NCBI GenBank assembly: GCA_038087875.1
Contig: CM075998.1
Location: forward strand, 5,582,001-5,642,000
Direction of reading: 5' to 3'
From: Malacoraja senta
Taxonomy: Eukaryota
DNA: 60,000 bases
Positions 1-11,712 of this stretch are shown here, in pieces. The notes beneath the pieces were generated by a model that was not told where the DNA came from, did not search any database, and saw nothing but the letters and a program-made list of their open reading frames with translations. Numbering within the stretch: position 1 is the stretch's first letter; each line of letters begins with the position of its first letter. The translations under genes and the position numbers were made by a program.

Positions 1-18
1 TCATCACTTCGCCCCTCC

Positions 19-160
19 TAAACATTGGTCATTTGGTTCATGGCATCTTACTTCAAAGATGTGACTAGCTGTTTCTCTCTTCCTTTATTGCCTCCTCCCC
101 CATAAACATTGGTCATTTGGTTCATGGCATCTTACTTCAAAGATGTGACTAGCTGTTTCT
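19..160. repeat. 58-bp direct duplication (19-76 and 103-160)
   Basis: TAAACATTGGTCATTTGG...GCTGTTTCT occurs twice, identical, with an 84-bp period. Confidence 0.9.
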
Positions 161-339
161 TTCTCTGTCACTTCCTCACTTGGGAGATAATGTTATGGTA
201 TTTATTATCACAATACCCCAAAACCTGAGGCAACTTAACTTGCCTTTCTGTATTATTCTACTGGAGAAAAGCCTGATTTGAGACTAAATATAAGCTGTAA
301 GCTTTTCTTATATTTTTTAACATAATTCAGCTTTATCAA

Positions 340-363
340 GGGAACGGGTCCCACTTAGTCTAG
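340..363 (+). mobile_element. Helitron 3' terminus (same family as 44260-45524)
   Basis: GGGAACGGGTCCCACTTAGTCTAG followed by T; matches the reverse complement of the end at 44260-44288 (hairpin remnant plus CTAG). Confidence 0.6.
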
Positions 364-1310
364 TCATATCTATATGGACACTAAACTGTCACTGGTTGCC
401 ACTGTTTCTTAAAATGGCTACCTATGCAACTTATTTTTTTTAAAGAGTTCTATGAGCTGCAACTGTTGCGAATGCAAGATAAACTCAAATTTGGAGTAAT
501 GCCTCGTTCAAAGTGTCCCAGCATCTACAGTTCCTTCCGACACATTCAGAGTCTGTCAAGATCTTGGTTTACGCTGGGATAACAAGGTTCCTTCAGATTA
601 AAAACTATTCATACACTTTACCGGTGTTATCATTCAGGATCCTTGCTTTGTATTAAGTTCTACAAATATATCTAAAGAGCAGGCTGATTATATAGGGATG
701 CCTCCTATTAGCATTACGATTAAGGAAAAGTTGCAGCAATATTTTTTACATTGGATGGATCTGGCATTCAGGAGATTGAATGGCAATTATTCTTTGCATA
801 TTTTAGAGCATAACATGACTGTCAGGATCTTAGCAATGTAGCAAGGTGTGTTTAAAGTCAGATCAAGTGACAGTGCTGGGCACAGACTCTCTATTTTACC
901 AGCACCTATGATATAGATGATGAAGGATCTTGCTGGGAATTGAACACAGGAAGTTAAGTTGTGATTCGATCTAATATTCCAGACAAAGGGAACAGTGTGA
1001 AAGTGGCACTTGAGAGAAGGTTGTGCAAAGCAATAGCTGCCTTCCTCTTCCCCACCCCCTTCCCACTTCTCATTACACATTCATATCTGAATCCGTGGTC
1101 TATATTTGGTTATATGAAAAGCACATCTCTCGATTTATCTGCATAAAGGGTTTGAAAACATCCATTCGGTTTCATAAAGTGCAGCTAAAAGAAAGAGATT
1201 CAATTGTTTAGACCTGGAGTTGGAAAATCATCCTTAATTTGCAATTCGCCCATGCCAAATTCTAACCTTGGGGCCATGCTGATTTCCACAAATGAGCTAG
1301 TGCAGCCTCA

Positions 1311-1969
1311 AGCCCCTTACGTGTCCTTGGCACGCTAATTACGCAACCTCATGGTCACGTTGAGGCGCGACGGTCCCGCGAAGGTCGCGCGCGACTTCAT
1401 GCGTCCGCACAGCCGTCTGGAGCGCGTGACGTCATTTGAAGATAGACACACAAAGCTGGAGTAACTCAGCGGGGACCGGCAGCATCTCTGGAGAGAAGCA
1501 ATGGGTGACGTTTTGGGTCGAGACTCTTCTTCAGTCTGAAAAAAAGGGTCTTGACCCGAAACGTCATCCATTGCTTCTCTCCAGAGAGGCTGCCGGTCCC
1601 GCTGAATTACTCCTGCATTTTGTGTCTATCTCCAATCGTCTTGGCCCCGCTCTGGGAATAGAAGTGGGGGCGGATCCGAACCGCAACGGCCGTGAGCCCC
1701 AGGCTGAGTTCAACGATCGTTTGCCTGCTTCTGCTGCTGTTGGAGGTGAGACGTTGCGTCGCGCCAGGGTCTTGGGCCTGTCCCACTTTGGCCGTCAGTT
1801 CCGCGACAGGCCGTTGGCACGCGGAGATTTCGTTCACTACAAAAATTTCGGAGCCCCGCGCTTCTCCCTCCGCGCTTCTCAGTGGGACCGGCCCCGCGCG
1901 GCCACACGATGCCCGTACGACGAGGTCGCGTAATTTGCGTGCCTAGGACACGTAAGTGGGACAGGGCCT
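1311..1969. mobile_element. PIF/Harbinger-like non-autonomous DNA transposon (MITE), interrupted by a palindromic Penelope-derived element
   Basis: Long imperfect terminal inverted repeats (CTTACGTGTCCTTGGCACGCTAATTACGCAACCTC / GAGGTCGCGTAATTTGCGTGCCTAGGACACGTAAGTGGGACAGGGCC); internal GGGCCTGTCCCAC motif; CpG-rich; no transposase. Confidence 0.55.
1437..1633. mobile_element. Palindromic Penelope-derived element with degenerate hammerhead-like core
   Basis: Inverted arms GCTGGAGTAACTCAGCGGG...GCAGCATCTCTGGAGAG centred on CTTCTTCAGTCTGAA...GGGTCTTGACCCGAAACGTCA. Confidence 0.65.
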
Positions 1970-2075
1970 TTAAAGGAACTGCACTGCCTATCAGAGATCC
2001 AACCTGGCATCAGATTACAATATTGACCATTATAGTGTTATATCCTGTTATGAAACAACAAAGCATGGGACCATG

Positions 2076-2540
2076 AGGGAGCTGCCAGTGGGGTCGGCCA
2101 GGCCAGAGCCCCCGTGGGTCAGAGCCCGCGGCTGACGGAGCCTGGGTCGGCGAAGCCCGTGGCCAAGGTCGGAGCCCGCGGCTGGGCGCGGGGTCAGCGC
2201 CACGGAGGCGTCTGGAGAGGACCCGGCGGCGTTAGTGGAGAGGTCAGTGCGGCGGTCGATTATGGCGCCGGCTGACGGACGAGGACGGACCACGCGGAAG
2301 TGAGGACGCCGCTGCCGGGGGAAGGAACAAAGGAGGAGCCGGCGTGGGGGGACCACCGTGAGGGAGGGGGGCAGGGAGGGGGGGAAGAACAATGGGGACC
2401 CGGCACGGGATACTTAGTAACTTCGTCAGTGCCCTTTACATGTCGACTATTTGCATACCGTGGGTACGCAAGCAAAGAATTTCACTGTGACTTGTCACAT
2501 GTGACAATAAAGTATTCATTCATTCATTCATTCATTCATA
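2076..2540 (+). mobile_element. GC-rich non-autonomous retroposon fragment with LINE-type (Rex1-like) 3' tail
   Basis: Ends TTTCACTGTGACTTGTCACATGTGACAATAAAG + (CATT)n, resembling the tail of the Rex1 fragment at 34149-34690. Confidence 0.45.
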
Positions 2541-2667
2541 TTGTTTGTGACAAGCAGGAAGCTTGGCTCTGTGCAAAGCAAGGTTCAACCAGGATAGTAA
2601 TCATGGACGTAGTGAGCCTCAGTGTCATTGAGTTACAGTATAAATTGGAACAAATCTGGCTTATGTT

Positions 2668-2822
2668 ATGTGTAGGAAGGAACTGCAGATGCTGGTTTAA
2701 ATCGAAGATGGACACAAAATGCTGGAGTAACTCAGCAGGACAGGCAGCATCTCTGGAGAGAAGGAATGGATGACGTTTCGGTCTTCAGTCTGAAGCAGGG
2801 TCTCGACCTGAAACGTCACCCA
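2668..2822. mobile_element. Palindromic Penelope-derived element
   Basis: GGAACTGCAGATGCTGG arm and TCAGTCTGAAGCAGGGTCTCGACCTGAAACGTCACC core. Confidence 0.65.
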
Positions 2823-2852
2823 ACAAATGCTTCACTGTAGATACTTCCAGGT

Positions 2853-2997
2853 AGACACAAAGTACTGGAGTAACTCAGTGGGTCAGGCAACATCCCTGGA
2901 GAATATGGATAGGCGACGTTTCGTGTCGAGACCCTTCCTCTTCCCTTTGTGTGTCGTTTTGTGTATTAACCAGCATCTGCAGTTCCTTGTTTCTACT
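2853..2997. mobile_element. Penelope-derived element with 13-bp target-site duplication
   Basis: Flanked by GATACTTCCAGGT at 2840-2852 and 2998-3010. Confidence 0.7.
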
Positions 2998-3100
2998 GAT
3001 ACTTCCAGGTTATTTGGCTCGAGAGATAGTCAGAACACAAATACTGCTCTGCACAATGCAATTTATTTTATTAATAAAGTACCCTTTGTTTAGATTACTG

Positions 3101-3360
3101 GTTTAGTTTTAGTTTAGAGATACAGCGCGGAAACAGGCCCTTCGGCCCACCGGGTCCCCTCTGACCAGCGATCCCCGCACACTAACACTATACTCACGAG
3201 GGACAATTTTTACCTTTACCAAGCCAATTAACCTACATACTTGCACGTCTTTGGAGTGTGGGAGGAAACCGAAGATCTCGGAGAAAACCCACGCGGGTCA
3301 CGGGGAGAACGTGCAAACTCCGTACAGACAGCACCGTAGTCAGGATCAAACCCCGGTCTC
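3101..3360 (-). mobile_element. HE1-type V-SINE (head truncated)
   Basis: V-domain GGAGTTTGCACGTTCTCCCCGTG...TTTCCTCCCAC and CR1-shared tail GGGCCGAAGGGCCTGTTTCC + (TAAAC)n on the minus strand. Confidence 0.85.
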
Positions 3361-3461
3361 CTCTTCAGTGTATTTGTGAGTGAATGAGTGATAAAAGGTA
3401 TTGAGCAATAACTACTTACAGTGGGTAATGGTAGAAGACACACATGTATGTAATAGGATAT

Positions 3462-3640
3462 GTTGTTTAAGAAGGAACTGCAGATGCTGGAAAATCGAAG
3501 GTAGACAAAAGTGCTGGAGAAACTCAGCGGGTGCAGCAGCATCTATGGAGCGAAGGAAATAGGCAACGTTTCCTATTTCCTTCGCTCAACAGATGCTGCT
3601 GCACCCGCTGAGTTTCTCCAGCACTTTTGTCTACCTTATA
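3462..3640. mobile_element. Palindromic Penelope-derived element with 10-bp target-site duplication
   Basis: Near-perfect inverted arms; TAATAGGATA at 3452-3461 and 3641-3650. Confidence 0.7.
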
Positions 3641-4089
3641 TAATAGGATACATGGGCCAAGATATTTGTAACTGTGTTGCATCCAGGAAATCGGTGGCTT
3701 CTAGAGAGGATGGATTTCTGACTCGGCTGGGCGTTTCCAACTCCAGGGTGAATTACACATGTGTGCCCGGTAAACGTTGGTCTCGGAACGCTGTCATTTC
3801 CCACACAGCACCCTTTACCTGGGAAATTGTTCTGAGGCACATTTGTCATTGGGCGGTCTCTGAACAACAGTGCTCCCTCCCAGAGCATGTCCCATACCCT
3901 CCTCTCCTTCAGCACCAACCCACGTGGTAGTAGATCCGCCCACACACACTGGTCTCAGCCCTCAGCTCCTGAATCACCCTTGACTTTGCCCCACCATCTC
4001 CTGATCCTATTCCGCCCTCTGCCTCTGCTCCAATTCCCTAACTGTGCCTCCAAAACTTGTGATCTAATCAGATCCCTAACTGAGGTTCC

Positions 4090-4340
4090 AACTTGATGCC
4101 CTGATGTCCCATCACCGCTGAACCTACCCGATACCTTGGATGGTCCACAATGTCACAGGGACATCTTTCAGGTGCTATTGAGCAGCACCTGATGCCTCGG
4201 ACCTCAGAGGCTGTGGTGGCCACATGACCAAAACAGCCCATATTCCAACGAGCAACGATGTGTGCCTCATATGGTGCAGATGAACTTCTAGTCTTAGATA
4301 TGAATACATTCAGGACTGGCGGCCAACCAGTGCCAGCGTG
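4090..4340 (-). mobile_element. Possible ancient RTE-type LINE fragment
   Basis: Minus-strand peptide IVARWNMGCFGHVA resembles the RxxxxxGHVxR motif C-terminal to RTE reverse transcriptases; weak. Confidence 0.3.
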
Positions 4341-4361
4341 TGACGTCCCCAAAACCCCACT

Positions 4362-5013
4362 TCTAGGAGTGCAAGTGCACGGTTCCTTGAAGGTGGAGTT
4401 GCAGGTAGATAGTCATCAGTCTTCGGCCTTCATCAGTCCGAGTATGGAGTATAGAAGTTGGGAGGTCATGTTGCAGTTGTATAAGATGTTGTACGTATTG
4501 TGTTCAGTTCTGGGCACCATGTTATAGGAAAGATGTTGTCAAGCTGGAAAGGGTACAGAGAAGATTTACGAGGATGTTGCCAGGACTAGAGGGTGTGAGC
4601 TACAGGGAGAGGTTGAGTAGGCTTGGACTCTATTCCTTGGAGCGCAGGAGGATGAGGGTTGATCTTATTGAGGTGTATAAAATCATGAGAGGAATAGATC
4701 GGGTAGACGCACGGAGTCTATTGCCCAGAGTAGGGGAATCGAGGACCAGAGGACATAGGTTCAAGGTGAAGGGGAAAAGATTTAATAGGAATCTGAGGGG
4801 TAACTTTTTCACACAGAGGGTGGTGGGTGTATGGAACAAGCTGCCAGAGGAGGTAGTTGAGGCAGGGACTATCGCAACATTTAAGAAACAGTTAGACAGG
4901 TACATGGATAGGACAGGTTTGGAGGGATATGGACCAATTGCAGGCAGGTGGGACTGGGACACGTTGTGGGCACGTTGCACCGAAGGGCCTGATTCCACGC
5001 TGTATCACTCTGA
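4362..5013 (+). mobile_element. CR1/HER1 LINE 3' fragment
   Basis: ORF2 C-terminus YRERLSRLGLYSLERRRMRVDLIEVYKIM...RTRGH...FFTQRVVGVWNKLP. Confidence 0.9.
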
Positions 5014-5365
5014 GTCTCATCATGAACGAAGAGTCCACTCTTCCCCAATCTCCTCCAACGGCACCTCTGCTATTTGGCCCATCCACTGCCTGTGGTAGGG
5101 AGTTCCACATTCTAACCACTTTCCGCTGGATTGATTAGTGACTATCCTTCATATGGAAAGGATCTCCAGATGGTGCTGAAATGACCTGGGCGGTCGACAC
5201 TGCAACAAGACCCGCCCCAGCAATTAATCAGCATCCTCAAGAAAGGAGAAGTGAAAAGCAAACAAACCACAAACGACTGAAAAGCAAAAAAAAATGCTGG
5301 TGCTGGTAATGAGATTCAAAAAACACGTTGGAGATACTCAGCAGGTCAGACAGTATTTGAGGAGA

Positions 5366-5651
5366 GAGAAACCAATTTTGATTGAATTGATTGAAAAATA
5401 CAGCAAGGATTTGGTGCATCCATTCTTAGTTTTAGAACACCAGTTTTAGAAGATACAGCACCAGATTGCACAAATAACGCATTTAAAGGCTCAGGCCATT
5501 GAAATGATGAGCATATGGGGAGCAGGTGGCATTGAGTCCAGGATATGGTATTCTGAGCTAATCCCGTGGAGAGATAGCTAAAGAGCAGTGAGAATGGATA
5601 CACCAAATCCTTGCTGTATTTTTCAATCAATTCATTCAAAATTGGTTTCTC
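5366..5651. repeat. 61-bp inverted repeat (5366-5426 / 5591-5651) around a segment also present at about 6836-7000
   Basis: Arms match at 59 of 61 positions by eye; spacer is a diverged copy of 6836-7000. Confidence 0.85.
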
Positions 5652-6382
5652 CTTCGGCCCACCAAGTCCACGCTGACCATCGGTCATATGTTTACATTAG
5701 TTCCATGTTATCCCACTTTCACATCCACTCCCTACACACTAGGGTCAATTAATAACAAACCTGCACGTCTTTGGGATGCGGGAGGAAACCGGAGCACCTG
5801 GAGAAAACCCACTTGGTCACAGGGAGAAGGTACAGACTCCACACCCAGACAGTGAGAATCAAACTCAGGTCTCTGGTGCTGTGAGGCAGCAATTCTACCA
5901 GAAAAGACCTGTTTCAGATCCTGAAACATTAACTCTGTTTCTCTCTCCACAGATGCTGCCTGACCTACTGAGTATCTTCAGCATATTCTGTTTTTAACTA
6001 AAAAAAGGCTGAAATAACACAATACTCTAATTTTCCAAGTTTTTTTTTAATTACTTCAAAGAATTGAACATTAAATAAGTAAACTGCTTGACAAACACTC
6101 AATATAGAAATGAAACTTGTTAACAAAATGTACAAAGCAACCGCACTCAAATATAGATTTATGTACAACCACATTTTTAAAAAATGGAGCACTTTGATTA
6201 TCTGAGCTAGATTAATGTTCAACAGCTGTATTTAGACACGGATGTATCACCACATCATGTCAAAACATTCAGTGAAAGGTCATGACTAGTGATTGACCAG
6301 TGCAGATACACATTCAGTGCATGTGCCATTATCTGTTCCCCTGCAGTCTGTCTTCATCATGGTCAGGTGCTCACTGTGGGAG

Positions 6383-6682
6383 GTTTAGTTTAGTGATATA
6401 GAGCGGAAACAGGCCCTTCGGCCCATCGAGTCCCTGCCGACCAGCGATCCCCGCACACTAACACTATCCCACACACACTAGGAACAATTTACAATTTTAC
6501 CCAAGCCAACTAACCTACAAACCTACACGTCTTTGGAATGTGGGAGGAAACCGGAGCACCCGGAGAAAACCCACGCGGTCACGGGGAGAAGGTACAAACT
6601 CCGTACAGACAGCACCCGTAGTCAGGATGGAACCCGGGTCTCTGGCGCTGTGAGGCAGCAACTCTACCGCTGCGCCACCATG
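6383..6682 (-). mobile_element. HE1-type V-SINE, full length
   Basis: tRNA-derived head (TGGCGCAGCGG A-box, GGTTCCATCC B-box), V-domain, CR1-like tail. Confidence 0.9.
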
Positions 6683-7704
6683 TCACCATGTAAGGACATA
6701 GGTGATAACTAATGCATGGATATTTTGATGAAATGCGCTGGGATTGCCCTCGCCCTGACCTTGTGGTTTTCCAATCTTGGGATGCAGTTGAAATGTGAGA
6801 TAGAAGTTAACTCCTCAAAGAGTAATCTCGAATTTGAAGCACACCAGTTGTAGAAGACACAGCACCATATTGCACGAGTAGCCTCTTTGCAAAGGCTCAG
6901 GCCATTGAAAAGATGAGAGTATGGGGAGCAGGTGGCTTTAAGGATATGGTATTCTGAGCTAATCTCCAGGAGAGATAGCCAAAGAGCAGTGAGAATGGAT
7001 TGCTCTGCCCACATACTGTAGACCCTTCTATCTCAGCCATAAATACCACATAGTCTAATGAAGAAATCAGGTTCAAGGTAGGAACTGGTCAATCACCAGG
7101 CACAATAAAGTGTAATGAACATCAACAATTAAGGAAAGAATATCTGTATTTAAACACATTAGATGCAGAGTGTTTAACAAAAGAGGGCATTGAAAGCAGG
7201 TGAGTTAAGGCACAAAAATATAGGGCAGAACAATTACAGACATTTGCTGTTAACTAATTTGTCAAGGAAATGCAATCAGGGAATAATTTGTGACCAGTGA
7301 TTTACTTTCAATGTTATCTAGTCTGTGGTATAAGGAACACAAAAGGTCTTTCCTTTCGGCTTGGACTCACAAGTTACATGGCTTGATGTTATTCAGTGAT
7401 TTCTCTCTAATATACTTGCTTTTCTTTCACCTTTTTCTGTGAAGGTTTGTCGGGCCAACAGCTTCACCTGGGAGTTGATTGCAATGGCACCCTAATTCTA
7501 AGCTATCTGATCTTATGGGCTGTAAAATTCCAGGTTTCATGTCAATGAATCACCACTTAATGATTTACCTCCATTAGCCCCCCAATGCCATCAGGCCTGT
7601 CTGGTGACCAGCATTGCAGAAGCTGGCCTTTCACCTATGCTTTTCCAGTGGTTTGGTCTAGACTGGCTTCCATAAACATCCGTTCCCATTGGGGTATTTT
7701 AGTT

Positions 7705-7917
7705 GTTTTTAGTTTAGAGATACAGTGCGGAAGCAGGCCCACCAGGTCCGCGCCGACCAACGATCCCCGCACATTAACACTATCCTACACACACTGGGGA
7801 CAATTTTTACATTTACCAAGCCAATTAACCTACAAACTTGTATGTGTTTGGAGTGTGGGAGGAAAGCGAAGATCTCGGAGAAAACCCACGCAGGTCACGG
7901 GGAGAACGTACAAACTC
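7705..7917 (-). mobile_element. HE1-type V-SINE, head truncated
   Basis: V-domain and tail as in other copies. Confidence 0.85.
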
Positions 7918-8465
7918 AGTACTGTGACTGCCCAGGGACAAGGGGACAGGTCCAAGAAAGGACCTGAAGTGACCCCAGGACATGTCAGAAGGCCCAAGAA
8001 GAAAGGGCAGGTGTGGAAAGTCAGAGTGTAGTAATTGCAATGATTTGAAGACATTATTAGTATTATGAGGGACTTAACATTTCCTCCAGGGAGTTGCATT
8101 CAAAGGGAGCGGAGATTGGATATACGACAACTACAATGGAACCAAGTTACTGACTGTTCCTCTCCTCACTGGTGGGGTATGGGATTCGTGAATTTTCCCT
8201 CAAATGCTAATAGTGGCGCCCTAAATAATTCCCATGTTCACATATGCTCCTTTGTTAATCAGAAATACTAATCACGTTCGGATCTGTCTGCCGTTTTATG
8301 CCGTTGAGTTGCAGACTACCAATGGGGAATATGAGATGTTGTTACGTTGGCCCTCATCCTGGCAATGGAGGAGGTGAAGGACAGATGGGTTGGCTTGGAC
8401 TGGGGGGAGGAGGTTTCTTTCATCTGGTTTAAGGCATTGGAAAATATCAGTCAACTTATTTTTTT

Positions 8466-8769
8466 TAGTTTAATTTCGAGATACAGGGCGGAAACAGGCC
8501 CTTTGTTCCACCGAGACCACACCGACCAGCGATCCCCATTCACTAACACTATCCTACACACACTCGGGACACTTCACAATTTTACCAAGCCAATTAACCT
8601 ACAAACCTGTACGTCCTTGGAGTGTGGGAGGAAACCGGAGCACCCGGAGAAAACCCACGCAGGTCACGGGGAGAACGTACAAACTCCACACAGACAGCAC
8701 CCGTAGTCAGGATGGAACCCGGGTCTCTGGCGCTGTGAGGCAGCAACTCTACCGCTGCGCCACCGTGCC
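8466..8769 (-). mobile_element. HE1-type V-SINE, full length
   Basis: tRNA head, V-domain, tail. Confidence 0.9.
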
Positions 8770-9039
8770 TCTCTGCTTGTGTAATATTTGTTAAATAACG
8801 GGCCGGGAGAGAAGTGGAGGGTCTTGTGCATGGCTGATCATGGTTTGATGCAACTCTCACTGCTTTGGGCCTACTCTAACACAAGTCCTGACACAGGCAC
8901 CCACCCAAACACTCGTCCTACGCCTGGCACCACTGACTCAGTGCATGTGCACATTTCCTTCATTTTTCTTTAAGCCCCATCCTGTCTGGGATCCATGGCA
9001 ACAGACAGCAACGGTTTGGACCTTACCCCAAGCCTGCCA

Positions 9040-9420
9040 TCACTCTGCTTTTTCCCCACCTACCTCATACACTCCTCCCACTGGATTCCCTCCCCACCTC
9101 CCTCTGTTGTCCCCTCTGCCACCACCTTCATTCAGTCCCACTCTTCACCTTCCTTTGCCATCAGTCCAGTCCACAGCCTTTTGATCTCCACTCATCACTG
9201 TGCCGCTAAGACCACCATTCCCTCCCCCACCTGACTCATCCCCTTTATCCATATTCACCTATGGCCCGCCGACTCTTGCCCCACTCCTCCCTCCACCTCA
9301 TTATATTGCTTCTTCCCCTCCAATCTTTCAGTCTAGGTGAAGGACCCCGACTCGAAACATCGCTTGTCCATTTCCCTCCACAGATGCTGCCTGACCCGCT
9401 GAGTTCCTCCAGCTGCTCTC
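9040..9420 (+). mobile_element. Degenerate Penelope-like element 3' region
   Basis: C-rich tract followed by decayed core TCAGTCTAGGTGAAGGACCCCGACTCGAAAC and GATGCTGCCTGACCCGCTGAG arm. Confidence 0.5.
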
Positions 9421-10042
9421 CGTTTGTTACAGATATATTAAATCTGTGCCAGGGGCAGTTTCAGCTGATCATTTGCATGCTGCTGAACCTGACTTCTCCC
9501 CGTTTTCAAATGGATTACCGCGTGTGAAACTAAACAATGTCGCACTCGCTCGGCGAAATGACAAGAAGTGGCAGAGATTGCAGATTGTAACCAGAACATG
9601 TGTGGCTGAAGGAGAGGGATGGGAGAGAGGGAGTGGCCTTGAACTAATTGCAGCATTTAGATCTGTACCTGATCAACCCTCTATAGATTCAGATCGAATA
9701 TCTAGCCCTGAGGTCGAGTCAAAGTGTCTCCTTCCTGTTGCAATTAAATGCAGACATGTAACAGGAGGAGGAACAGGCCATTCGGCCCCTCGAGTCTGCT
9801 CTGCCACTCTTGGATCTTGGATGATCTGAAACAACCTGCTGCAAGAAAAGAGAGGCATAAGGTTGTATATTCCATATTTCACACTCTGTCCACATTCCAT
9901 GTTCCCTTACAACATAGGAGGCCTTATCTGCCCACGAAGTCAATGGCGGTTGACGGAGTTATGCCATCAACTCATTTTCCCTGTAACCTATTCTCTGTTG
10001 CCATAAACTTCCCCCCAGGTTCCAACACTTATATACACACAA

Positions 10043-10547
10043 TAGACAATAGGTGCAAGAGTAGGCCATTCGGCCCTTTGAGCCAGCACCGCCATTCAAT
10101 GTGATCATCCCCAATCAGTACCCCGTTCCTGCCTTCTCCCCATATCCCCTGACTCTGCTATCTTTAAGAGCTCTATCTAGCTCTGTCTTGAAAGTATCCA
10201 GAGAACCGGCCTCCACCGCCCTCTGAGGCAGAGATTCCACAGACTCACAACTCTCTGTGAGAAAAAGTGTTTCCTCGTCTCCGTTCTCAATGGCTTTCCC
10301 CTTATTCTTAAACTGTGGCCCCTGGTTCTGGATTCCCCCAACATCGGGAACATGTTTCCTGCCTCTAGCGTGTTCAAACCCTTAACAATCTTATATGTTT
10401 CAATAAGATTCCCTCTCATCCTTCTAAACTCCAGAGTATACAAGCCCAGCCGCTCCATTCTCTCAGCATATGACAGTCCCGCCATCCCGGGACTTAACCT
10501 GGTGAACCTACGCTGGACTCCCTCAATAGCAAGAATGTCCTTCCTCA
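10043..10547 (-). mobile_element. CR1/HER1 LINE 3' fragment
   Basis: VRKDILAIEGVQRRFTRL...LGLYTLEFRRMRGNLIETYK...RTRGHSL on the minus strand, plus tail. Confidence 0.9.
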
Positions 10548-11413
10548 CTGGGGCCCAATATACAGCAGCCAATAAACTGACATCTGAATCTTTGGGCTTG
10601 GTTTTACATCAAACACGGTGTCCATGCCTTGTTTTGGCAAAACTCGGCCCGATAGGCTGGCACTTGTCTGTAGGCGGAGCCACTGTGCCACGGAACAAAA
10701 CTTTGCACAAGAAAGGTGAAGGAGAGGAATGTTACTTCCTCTAGACAAGTATATGAGGAAGATCGTAACCATGAAACAAAGATGAAAGCATTACTGAAGA
10801 GGGGTGTTTCCATGTCCTCGTTGATACAGTCACGCTGATTGATTGCATTCATACATTGGGAAGCAATGCATACCAATCTGAATCAAGCAAGGCTTCACTC
10901 CCCTGTACAATCGCTGATGAAGCACATCTTGCAACTGATGTACATGTTTGATTTATCACTGTACAGTACCATATGCTAAATTGTGTTGAAGTCACTTTCA
11001 GGGTCATAATAACTGTTGCTGCCCAATAAAGACTTTCTTTAAAAATCAGTAGATGGTAATTCAGTGTTTGTGGCCGAGGTGAACAGCACCAGCCAAAAGC
11101 AACACCAAGCCAGCTCAGCAATAACGTCCTGAAGCTACGGCCACAGGGGCCTCTGTACACTTGGCTCAGAGTGACCAACTGTCGGAGCACCTTCAGCATT
11201 CTCCCCATCCCCACCCACACCTGACCTTGTGGATTATTCCACAACCCCCAGGCTGAGATGAATTGCCTGAGTGCTGAAATTGAACCTGAGACTATCTGGG
11301 CCTCGGTAAAGGACATGACATTTGATTTGGGAGGGCAGCTGTTTGACTTTGCTATTTCAAAGGCAAAGGAATTGATCGATGGAGTGGAGGACAGTAGCAG
11401 ATCCTTTATAGAC

Positions 11414-11712
11414 TTTAGAGATACAGCGCAGAAACAGGTCCTTCGGCCCACCGAGTCCGCACCGACCAGCGATCCCCGCACACTAGCATTATCCTACACA
11501 CACTAGGGACAATTTTACAATTTACCGAAGCCAATTAACCTACAAGCCTGTACATCTTTGGAGTGTGGGAGGAAACCGGAGCACCCGGAGAAAACCCACG
11601 CGGGTCACGGGGAGAAGGTACAAACTCGGTACAGACAGCACCCATAGTCAGGATGGAACCCGGGTCTCTGCCGCTGTGAGGCAGCAACTCCACCGCTGTG
11701 CCACCGTGCCGC
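11414..11712 (-). mobile_element. HE1-type V-SINE, full length
   Basis: tRNA head, V-domain, tail. Confidence 0.9.

Noticed and set aside
10849..11481. 210-aa minus-strand ORF as a novel gene
   Set aside because: Begins inside a SINE, no recognisable domain or splice structure.
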